The position numbers and the translations under genes are program-made. From an uncultured Christensenellaceae bacterium (GTDB lineage Bacteria > Bacillota > Clostridia > Christensenellales > Borkfalkiaceae), in contig CAJUOP010000007.1 in the NCBI GenBank assembly GCA_910588465.1, positions 20,462 through 84,461 of the forward strand: 64,000 nucleotides of DNA, in the 5' to 3' direction. This document shows positions 52,367 through 59,282 of this stretch, piece after piece (the stretch's first letter is position 1; each line of letters opens with the position of its first letter). The notes under the pieces were generated by a model. It saw only the letters and a program-made list of their open reading frames with translations, did not search any database and was not told where the DNA came from.

Positions 52367-53839
52367 TTATATCGTTAAAATCACGGTAACGTTTTGCGCC
52401 GCGTTTATCTGAATGGTTTTAGAGTAAAAAGAAAAGCCCTGACTGTCGTCAGGACTAATTCTTATCGGGCTGTTATAGTGAATTTCTATTTTATCGTCAA
52501 ATAGCACGATTTCCTTAATCAGATAGTTGATAAGCATTTGCGGCTCTAATTTCAACGCTTGTATGTAAAACTGTTTCATGTCGCTTTCAGACAGCTTTAC
52601 GGCGGTTTTACTGCGCTCTATGAGTATCTGCCTTTCTAAATTCTCTTGCTGTTCTTCAAGCTCTTTCAAACGCTTTGTCGTGGTGTTGGTGATTACGCCT
52701 TTTTCAATCGCCGTCATGATATTCTTAATCGCGTTTTCCGTCTGCCGTTTCTCTTTGGTAAGCATATTCAAAACGGGCGTTCCTTTGGCTTGCTGTTCCT
52801 GTATATCGAGCATCCCTTTAACAAGTGCATTAACAACTTGCGGTTTGCTCAATTCTTCAAGCGTGGTATCAATCACTAAATTTTCTAAAAGATCTTTGCG
52901 TATTACAGACTTATTACAATCGCTACCGCGCTTTCTTCCAGAACACTTGTAATAGCGTTTCACCTGTCCGTTTTTGGAAGTACCCGTTTCCGCGCTAATC
53001 GGCATACCGCAATACCCGCATTTCATTTTCTGCCGTAAGAGATAGACGACTTCAACGCTACGCTTGCCGTATTTATTCCCGTCGATTTTAGAGCGTACCC
53101 GTTCATATATTTCGGTGGGAACGATTTGCGGATAGATATTCTCGAACACTTCTCCGTCGTGTCTGTAAATACCCGAATATTTTTCACTCTTTAAGATGTT
53201 ATAAACGGTGTTCCTCGCAAACGGTTTTCCGTGATTATAAATTCCTTTTGCGGTCAACGATTTTATGATGTCTTTCACATACACGCCCAAAGAGTATTGC
53301 TCAAAAATAAAGCGGACTACTTCGGCTTGGTTTTTGTTGATTACTACTTTCCTGTTTTCCACGTTATAGCCGTAAATCAAATAACCGCCTGTAAAATTTC
53401 CCTTTAACCGTGTTTCTTTCATACCTCTGCGCACCTTTTGAGAAAGCTCGGCACTGAAATATTGGTTCATGCCTTCAAGTAAGCTCTCCAAAATAATTCC
53501 TTCGGGCGTGTCGGGAATATTTTCCATAGCCGATAAAAGCGTAACGCCGTTGTTTTTAAGCGTTTTTTTATGAATAGTGCTTTCATACTTGTTACGGGAA
53601 AATCTATCAAGCTTGTAAACGATAACGAAATCCCATTCGCGCCGTGCGCTTTCCTTTATCATGCGCTGAAAATCGGGGCGGTTGTCGTTCGTTCCCGTCA
53701 TAGCTCTGTCGATGTAGGTATTGAGAATTAGAATATTATTCCTCTGTGCATATTCTTCGCACACCCTCAACTGCCCCTCAATAGACTGCTCTGACTGACT
53801 GTCCGACGAATACCTTGCATAGATGACTGCTGTTTTCAT
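52367..53839 (-). CDS. large serine recombinase (resolvase domain + recombinase domain + zinc ribbon + coiled coil)
   Basis: 490 aa. It has the N-terminal catalytic motif AVIYARYSSDSQ, then DRFSRN, GGYLIYGY, and the zinc ribbon CGYCGMP...YYKCSGRKRGSDC. Confidence 0.9.
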   Translation of the reverse strand: MKTAVIYARYSSDSQSEQSIEGQLRVCEEYAQRNNILILNTYIDRAMTGTNDNRPDFQRMIKESARREWDFVIVYKLDRFSRNKYESTIHKKTLKNNGVTLLSAMENIPDTPEGIILESLLEGMNQYFSAELSQKVRRGMKETRLKGNFTGGYLIYGYNVENRKVVINKNQAEVVRFIFEQYSLGVYVKDIIKSLTAKGIYNHGKPFARNTVYNILKSEKYSGIYRHDGEVFENIYPQIVPTEIYERVRSKIDGNKYGKRSVEVVYLLRQKMKCGYCGMPISAETGTSKNGQVKRYYKCSGRKRGSDCNKSVIRKDLLENLVIDTTLEELSKPQVVNALVKGMLDIQEQQAKGTPVLNMLTKEKRQTENAIKNIMTAIEKGVITNTTTKRLKELEEQQENLERQILIERSKTAVKLSESDMKQFYIQALKLEPQMLINYLIKEIVLFDDKIEIHYNSPIRISPDDSQGFSFYSKTIQINAAQNVTVILTI

Positions 53840-53867
53840 TTCAAAACTCCTTATAAATTAGATTTTT

Positions 53868-54024
53868 TATTTGTCTTTCGACAAGGACGGACAAAACGGA
53901 AACGCATGGGCTTATTTCTTATTAGCCGTTCATTCCTTTCCCGCAAGGGCTACCGCAGGTAGTGCATTTTACCCTTGCGGGAAAGTGCGTTTTCGTTTAC
54001 GATCCGCCGGTCGAAAGACAAATA
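53868..54024. repeat. 15-bp perfect inverted repeat flanking a 127-bp segment with an inner 12-bp stem, between rep and the recombinase gene
   Basis: TATTTGTCTTTCGAC (53868-53882) pairs with GTCGAAAGACAAATA (54010-54024). The inner stem is TTCCCGCAAGGG (53938-53949) with CCCTTGCGGGAA (53972-53983), and its loop carries CTACC-GCA-GGTAG. Confidence 0.7.
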
Positions 54025-54026
54025 CG

Positions 54027-54908
54027 TTAGTTGCATTTGGGCATTTGTTTTATCACTTCTTCGCTTGCCTGCCCGACAATGCAGCCGTCCTCAATGCAAG
54101 TGAATTTATCAAATAATATCGCTTTTCTGCCGTCCACCCCGTAGGGGCAAATAATATCGTCGTCAAAAATGTCGCTTACGAAATAGGTTGGAAGTTTTCC
54201 GCCGTAAATCAACCGCTCGTTGCTTTTCTCTATGTATTTGAGCAGGTAACGCACGGACTGCATGACATCTTCCAATCTGCCTAATTCCTTGAAATCGTTT
54301 CGTCCAAAATGCTTTTGAAAGTGCGTGTTCTGAAAGGTCGTTTGCATACGGTGGCTTTTCGTGCTGTAATCTTTAACTTCCACAAGCTCGCCTATCATTT
54401 CGGGAATATAGAATATTCCGTGAAAGTGTAGTCGGTTCTTTTCGGGGCTTCGTTCCCATACGCCGATATACTTCCAACCTTTACGGCTCACCATGTGTTT
54501 TAAGGTATTTCGCAACTTTTCTTTGAACGTTTTTTCCGTGTGAAGCTCATTGCTGAACGTGAACGTTACAAAATAGTTCCATTCCTGCAAATACACTTTT
54601 CGCATTAGCCGAACGCGCCGTTTCGCCGCATTGGTTTTCTTGCGCTCGATATTGCTCTCGATAAATTCCTTTGCGCGTTCTTCGGTGAGAAAAGTGTCTT
54701 GCAATTTCTCTTTGATATATTTCTTTCGTTCTCGTTTCGGTAAGCTCTGACTTTCCGAATATGCCATTTCAAATTTGGCTTTCGGACTGTCGGACACTTC
54801 CCGCTTGGGCTTCGGCTTATATCTCCGCTTACGGCGCGGGAAATTTTCGGGCGGCATGGCGATAAAATGACTGCCGTCGTAATAGACTTTTGCTTTTTGA
54901 TATGACAT
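54027..54908 (-). CDS. rolling-circle replication initiator / HUH endonuclease, phiX174-gpA-like (two-tyrosine) type
   Basis: Motif I is YFVTFTF, motif II (HUH) is RLHFHGIFY, and motif III is VRYLLKYIEKS (Y-x-x-x-Y-x-x-K). The N-terminus is basic. The ATG at 54908 is preceded by GGAGAA. Confidence 0.7.
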   Translation of the reverse strand: MSYQKAKVYYDGSHFIAMPPENFPRRKRRYKPKPKREVSDSPKAKFEMAYSESQSLPKRERKKYIKEKLQDTFLTEERAKEFIESNIERKKTNAAKRRVRLMRKVYLQEWNYFVTFTFSNELHTEKTFKEKLRNTLKHMVSRKGWKYIGVWERSPEKNRLHFHGIFYIPEMIGELVEVKDYSTKSHRMQTTFQNTHFQKHFGRNDFKELGRLEDVMQSVRYLLKYIEKSNERLIYGGKLPTYFVSDIFDDDIICPYGVDGRKAILFDKFTCIEDGCIVGQASEEVIKQMPKCN

Positions 54909-54947
54909 GATTTTTTCTCCTTTTTTGATTTGATTTTTTGCGGTAAA

Positions 54948-54999
54948 TAAAAAAAGAGCAGAATACAAAACAATACAAATGTTTCGTACTCTGCTCTTT
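54948..54999 (-). terminator. hairpin with T-run upstream of rep (ends the small-ORF transcript)
   Basis: The minus strand reads AGAGCAGAGTAC-19 nt-GTATTCTGCTCT, followed by TTTTTTTA. Confidence 0.45.
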
Positions 55000-55103
55000 T
55001 CTCAACGCAACCACTGTTCCTATGCGGAAATCTCGGCTTGCCGTTGGGCGGTACAATCTTACTTTCTATTTACCTTGATTGGTTATTCAGTTGTTTTTTC
55101 TTT

Positions 55104-55232
55104 TTAGTCTTTTTGTGCTTTTAACTCTTTAATTCGCTGTAACAGCGTTTCAAAGAATGTCTTCCGTTCGTTTTCCGATAGTAAATTATCGGCTTCTTCA
55201 ATGGTTATCACTTCAAATTCTTTCGCGGACAC
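55104..55232 (-). CDS. 42-aa acidic helical protein (possible accessory/directionality or regulatory factor), unannotated in the ORF track
   Basis: A GTG start is preceded by GGGAGGTG 8 nt upstream. The translation is VSAKEFEVITIEEADNLLSENERKTFFETLLQRIKELKAQKD. I recognise no family. Confidence 0.3.
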   Translation of the reverse strand: MSAKEFEVITIEEADNLLSENERKTFFETLLQRIKELKAQKD

Positions 55233-55312
55233 CGTTTTCACCTCCCGTTCGGATTTGCTTGAAAAGCAAATCCCATTATACACCGCCCGTAAACAAATTG
55301 CGCGGGAATAAA

Positions 55313-55380
55313 GGGGAACAAAAGCGGTACAAAATAGGAACTAAAAGGAAACTAAACGGGAACTAAAAGTGTACAAAATA
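55313..55380. repeat. iteron-like array of six 11-bp-phased repeats
   Basis: The units are GGAACAAAAG / GGTACAAAATA / GGAACTAAAAG / GAAACTAAACG / GGAACTAAAAG / TGTACAAAATA, read off directly from 55315-55380. Confidence 0.65.
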
Positions 55381-55409
55381 CAAGTTTACGGGTAGAAACG
55401 CAGGAACAG

Positions 55410-55472
55410 CCGCGCGGATCAAAAAGGGCGATTCGCCAAGCGGGTTAGCGGCGAACGCCCTTTTCCGCGCGG
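55410..55472. repeat. long GC-rich hairpin C (about 23 bp stem)
   Basis: CCGCGCGG..AAAAGGGCG.TTCGCC pairs with GGCGAACGCCCTTTTCCGCGCGG around the loop AAGCGGGTTAGC. Confidence 0.65.
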
Positions 55473-55528
55473 CGTTTCGTTTCGCCGTGCATATTTTATG
55501 TTTAGTTGTGTTTGTTCTTTTGTTTCCG

Positions 55529-55593
55529 CTGTGGCGGGGGCTTGAACGCGGCGGCGAAGCCGCCGCGCTCGTTTATTCAAGCACCCGCCACAG
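55529..55593. repeat. long GC-rich hairpin D (about 26 bp stem)
   Basis: CTGTGGCGGG-GCTTGAA-CGCGGCGGC forms one arm, the loop is GAA, and GCCGCCGCG-(bulge)-TTCAAGC-CCCGCCACAG forms the other arm. No T-run follows on either strand. Confidence 0.65.
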
Positions 55594-55611
55594 TGCCAAG
55601 CATTCGCTTTA

Positions 55612-56484
55612 CTAATTTATATCTATAATTTCCGTACCGCTTATCGTTAAATACCATAAGTCCGCTTTACCGATTGTATCACTGTTTTCTACTAAAAAGT
55701 GCAATTCAAATTTACCGTCTATTCGGTGTAGCTCGGCATAGATAATTCTACTCCACGGACAATTCGGTTTGCTTTTGTCGTAGGGAAATATTACTTTATC
55801 TTTGCCCTCTAAAATTTCACCGTCTTTTATCAGTAAACAATCATTGTTTTCAGTTTTCAAATAAATATTGCCGCCTTTTTCTTCAATGCCCATGAGCAAA
55901 TATTCATTATATTCGTTTAAGTCGAGTTCTTGCGTTAAGCTGCTTTCCGCATCGTTCGTTTCGGAATATGCTTTATCTTTTATTTTTTTAACGGTTTTCT
56001 GCAATTTCGCACAATACGGACGCAGCAATTTTTTTACTTCCGCACTCGCATATCCCAATGCAAATACGCGGATATCTGCAATTTTGCTCAATATCTCCTG
56101 CGGCAGTTGACTGTAAATAGCAATCAATTCTCGGTTACGCTCTTCAAATTGTTCCGCGCATAGTTTTTCGTCAAAGTGATATACCGTTTTATTTCGGTTA
56201 TCGTATAAAATTTCGTGCATTTTCTTAAATTCTATCCTGCGCTTGCGTTCTTCTAAGGTAATATTCGGTTCGTTGACGTATACCTCGATTTTTTTCAATT
56301 CTACCTCTGTGTCGCGATACCAATCGCATGATTTGCTGAATCCCTCGAAAATTGCGTAAATTTTTTCATAGGTACGCCGATAAAAAGTCTCGTCTTTTTG
56401 TTCGGCTTTCTTCGATTTCCGTACATGCGAATTTGCATACGATAAAAGCTCACACGTGTAAAATTCTTTTGTCAAATATTTCAT
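55612..56484 (-). CDS. hypothetical island cargo protein (possibly DUF4085-like)
   Basis: 290 aa with AT-rich codon usage. The N-terminus MKYLTKEFYTCELL and the segment ADIRVFALGYASAEV remind me of DUF4085 proteins. This is memory only and unverified. Confidence 0.6.
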   Translation of the reverse strand: MKYLTKEFYTCELLSYANSHVRKSKKAEQKDETFYRRTYEKIYAIFEGFSKSCDWYRDTEVELKKIEVYVNEPNITLEERKRRIEFKKMHEILYDNRNKTVYHFDEKLCAEQFEERNRELIAIYSQLPQEILSKIADIRVFALGYASAEVKKLLRPYCAKLQKTVKKIKDKAYSETNDAESSLTQELDLNEYNEYLLMGIEEKGGNIYLKTENNDCLLIKDGEILEGKDKVIFPYDKSKPNCPWSRIIYAELHRIDGKFELHFLVENSDTIGKADLWYLTISGTEIIDIN

Positions 56485-56840
56485 AATTTATCTCCTGTAT
56501 TTTAATTTTTTAAGTTTAATATCAATACCGGTACTCTTCTTTATCTACCATATAGCGGTTGCGTTTCAACATACATTCGTGCGTATAACGTTCGGAAACG
56601 AGCGTTACTTTGTCTGCCTTTTTTAGGATATGGTGATACCGCGCAATATCTTTTTTATCTCATTTCAAAGTTTGGTTGAGGCACGGAACGGCGCATTCCA
56701 AGGTTAGAAGATACAATAATTCTTTCTACAATCGCAAAATTACGCGGTAACGCTACTTATTGCATACATTGTAGCACGCATTAAAATTTATGTCAACCGT
56801 TATAGAATATTATTGTTAGCACATATTATTGGGGAAGCTT

Positions 56841-57155
56841 ATGACGGTTCAAGAACGAATAGAAGAATTGTTAGAAAAAAATAAATGGTCTAAATATAAA
56901 CTTGCCAAAGAAGCAGGATTTTATCCCACTACTGTTTATGATTGGTTTAATGATAAGCACTATACACCTGATAGAAATTCTATTGAATTGATATGTTTAG
57001 CATTTGGGATTTCACAAGCAGAATTTTATAGCCGAGTAGATGAAAATAAATTAAATGCTGACCAAACAGCACTATTAGAATTGTTTTCAAAGATACCAGA
57101 AAATAAAAAAGCACTGATTTTTGAGATACTAAAATCAATGGCACAACAAGAATAA
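56841..57155 (+). CDS. XRE-family HTH transcriptional regulator
   Basis: The protein reads MTVQERIEELLEKNKWSKYKLAKEAGFYPTTVYDWFNDKHYTPDRNSIELICLAFGISQAEFY, followed by a short C-terminal helix. GGGGAA lies upstream of the ATG at 56841. Confidence 0.8.
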   Translation: MTVQERIEELLEKNKWSKYKLAKEAGFYPTTVYDWFNDKHYTPDRNSIELICLAFGISQAEFYSRVDENKLNADQTALLELFSKIPENKKALIFEILKSMAQQE

Positions 57156-57168
57156 ATTTTGAAATGTT

Positions 57169-57483
57169 ATGAATATTCACGGTAGAATACAAGAGCTTAT
57201 CCAAAAAGAAGGTTGGTCGTTATATCAATTATCCGAAAAAACAGGTATTCATAAAACAACTGTTTATAATTGGTACAATGAAAAACATTATACGCCAGAT
57301 AGAAATTCTATTGAATTGATATGTGCCGCATTAGATATAACATTATCTGAATTTTATAGCGGAATTGACGAAGGCGATCTTGATGGTGAGCAAATACATT
57401 TATTGGAATTATTTGCAAAAGTGCCGCCACGTAAAAGAAAAATCGTTTTTGAACTTTTACGAAACTTGTCGGACGAAATATAA
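57169..57483 (+). CDS. XRE-family HTH transcriptional regulator, tandem paralog
   Basis: The protein reads MNIHGRIQELIQKEGWSLYQLSEKTGIHKTTVYNWYNEKHYTPDRNSIELICAALDITLSEFY. A 27-nt block is identical to the upstream paralog (56970-56996 = 57298-57324). Confidence 0.8.
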   Translation: MNIHGRIQELIQKEGWSLYQLSEKTGIHKTTVYNWYNEKHYTPDRNSIELICAALDITLSEFYSGIDEGDLDGEQIHLLELFAKVPPRKRKIVFELLRNLSDEI

Positions 57484-57520
57484 GGACGTAAGTTAAACTT
57501 TGTGTTCAACTTACGTCCTT
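57482..57520 (+). terminator. hairpin overlapping the stop of the second XRE gene
   Basis: The sequence is AAGGACGTAAGTT-13 nt-AACTTACGTCCTT. Confidence 0.5.
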
Positions 57521-57535
57521 ATTGGCGCGCCACAT

Positions 57536-57579
57536 CAAACCCAACTGAACCCGTAAACGGGCGCAGTTGGGTTTGTTTT
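57536..57579 (+). terminator. intrinsic terminator near the right end of the island
   Basis: The sequence is CAAACCCAACTG-16 nt-CAGTTGGGTTTG, followed by TTTT. Confidence 0.6.
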
Positions 57580-57747
57580 ATGAATTGAGTTTATAATAAG
57601 CTTTTGCCCAACTGACGGACTGCCGCGTTTTCTGATATTAAGCTTTTCCAAATAACAAAAAAACATTTGTAAACATGATGATTTCCGTAACTTACAAACG
57701 CCTTTTTACCCGTTTAATTCTTATAAATTTTTCTTTCTTATAATCCT

Positions 57748-59271
57748 TTATTTTTTATGCACATGAATCACCACTGCGGGGGCGGACTTATCGTCGGCGT
57801 TCCATATTTTTTTAATTTGTTCCGCGCCGATATACAGACGGTTGCCCGTTCCCGACAGCGGTATTTCGATCTCGTTCCCGCCGAGCAGGCTTACAGCCGT
57901 AACGCTCTCCACTTTTCCCTCTTTCCAACTGATTTCAAACCCTTCAGCACAGCCAAACAGTGCAATTTGTTCGGGCATTCTTTGCAGAGTACAGACGACC
58001 TTGCCCCCGACGTAAGCCCGCTTCCCGTTTAACGTACGCGGAAGAACAGCGACGGAATAAGCGCCGCTTTGATTAAGGGAACAAACGACGAACGGCTTTG
58101 CCCCCGTTTGCCCTGCCGAAACCTCGGGCAACGAAGCGTTGCGCGATACGGCTGCGGGCGCGCCCTGATGGATCGTCCGCCCGTTTATCGGTTGATACCA
58201 AAACTCGTTTTCTTGGAACGTCCACTCGTCCGCAAGAATTTCTTTGCTGATTTCCACGTTTCCGCCCGTAAAAGGCGGCGCGATCCTCTGCCAGAACAGC
58301 GCGGCGTCCGCTTCCTTTAACCTGTCGCTGTCGTCCCAGTCGTCCAGTCCTTTTCCGTAAACCGAGCGCATAATGCCCATCTGACAGCCGAGCGCTGCCG
58401 CAAGGTACAACTCGTCCTCCACGTTCAAATAGCCCTTCGCATACGGCAATAAATATGCGGCTCTGTCCAGCGTACTCGCAACCGAAAAAGGCGGCGTTAC
58501 GTCGTACGTGCGGAATACTTCGCTGAACGATACGGCTTTCTTGGAAAGCCCGCTTATCTTTTCATCGTCTTGAAATCTTCCTACTTCTCCGCGCTGCAAC
58601 CGCTCGGTCACACCGTTGACGGGCGGACAACAGATCGCTTGCTCTACCGTCAGTTCGGGATAAAGATCCGCTACAGTGTCGGTTAAAAACTTACGGAACG
58701 CATTATCGTGTTCCGACGTTCCCCAATCCACCTTCCAATACGTTACGCCCGCCTGTTTACACCAAAGAATGCGCTCCCGCCAATATTCCTCGTCCGCTTC
58801 GGAAAACGGCAACTTGTAATCTTTCCCGCACCTTTGCGCCGCTACCCAGATACCGATTCCTTTCCAACCCAAGCCCTTTGCTCGCTCGTTGAGTATTTTC
58901 AGCCTTTCCGCGGGGCTACCCTTTGCACAGGGAAAACGCTGCTCATTCACTTCGAGCGAGCCAAAGTAATCCTTATGTACATAAGGATCAAAATCGAACG
59001 GCACGTCCCAGCCGTCGTCGAGTATAAGATAGAGATCGCCACGCTGTTTTACGGGGTTTTCCGCCATGCCGCCTTTCCCGAACACAGTATGTTCGTTCAC
59101 CTTGTCGCGCACACAGTTCGCGCCCTGATCGCCCGTAAATTGGGGGCGCACGGCGGCGCGCTTTTCACCCGCTTCCGACGCAATAAAATTCTGCGCAAGC
59201 CAAGTGCAGTAATAGCTTCTCTGTTCGCTCTTTTCAATCCCGTTCATAATCCCGTTCATAATCCCGTTCAT
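57748..59271 (-). CDS. putative glycoside hydrolase, alpha-galactosidase-like (clan GH-D TIM barrel)
   Basis: 507 aa. LILDDGWD and VTYWKVDWG resemble the GH27/GH36 DDGW and K-x-D nucleophile motifs. There is no signal peptide. The start codon is ambiguous among three in-frame ATGs. Confidence 0.55.
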   Translation of the reverse strand: MNGIMNGIMNGIEKSEQRSYYCTWLAQNFIASEAGEKRAAVRPQFTGDQGANCVRDKVNEHTVFGKGGMAENPVKQRGDLYLILDDGWDVPFDFDPYVHKDYFGSLEVNEQRFPCAKGSPAERLKILNERAKGLGWKGIGIWVAAQRCGKDYKLPFSEADEEYWRERILWCKQAGVTYWKVDWGTSEHDNAFRKFLTDTVADLYPELTVEQAICCPPVNGVTERLQRGEVGRFQDDEKISGLSKKAVSFSEVFRTYDVTPPFSVASTLDRAAYLLPYAKGYLNVEDELYLAAALGCQMGIMRSVYGKGLDDWDDSDRLKEADAALFWQRIAPPFTGGNVEISKEILADEWTFQENEFWYQPINGRTIHQGAPAAVSRNASLPEVSAGQTGAKPFVVCSLNQSGAYSVAVLPRTLNGKRAYVGGKVVCTLQRMPEQIALFGCAEGFEISWKEGKVESVTAVSLLGGNEIEIPLSGTGNRLYIGAEQIKKIWNADDKSAPAVVIHVHKK

Positions 59272-59282
59272 AATCCCGTCAT
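59236..59282. repeat. 12-bp tandem repeat (3 perfect copies + 1 partial) at the 5' end of the 57748-59271 gene
   Basis: AATCCCGTTCAT occurs three times (59236-59271), followed by AATCCCGTCAT. On the gene strand this encodes MNGI MNGI MNGI. Confidence 0.85.

Larger units (their letters stand above)
52169..57584. mobile_element. small integrated element (serine-recombinase + rolling-circle Rep; integrative mobilizable / plasmid-like island) next to tRNA-Ser; ends approximate
   Basis: Composition shifts abruptly to AT-richer (judged by eye, not computed). The island contains a large serine recombinase, a HUH Rep, iterons, long palindromes, a cargo gene and XRE regulators. It sits between a tRNA gene and an unrelated GH cluster. 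Confidence 0.7.

Noticed and set aside
55313-55380. CRISPR array (also considered for the 12-bp repeats at 59236-59282)
   Set aside because: The repeats are only 11-12 bp and directly abutting, with no spacers. No cas genes are present in the window.
56522-56696. Possible small split ORF on the minus strand (MRRSVPQPNFEMR* then, one frame over, KKDIARYHHILKKADKVTLVSERYTHECMLKRNRYMVDKEEYRY*) joined at an A6 run
   Set aside because: I recognise no family, no SD is visible, and it needs a frameshift to make sense. It may be a decayed gene remnant in the island, but the evidence is too weak to call.
52169-57584. Island as a prophage or integrated microvirus
   Set aside because: I recognise no capsid, scaffold, lysis or packaging genes, and the only large unknown ORF is a 290-aa cytoplasmic-looking protein. 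A plasmid-like or mobilizable element fits better.
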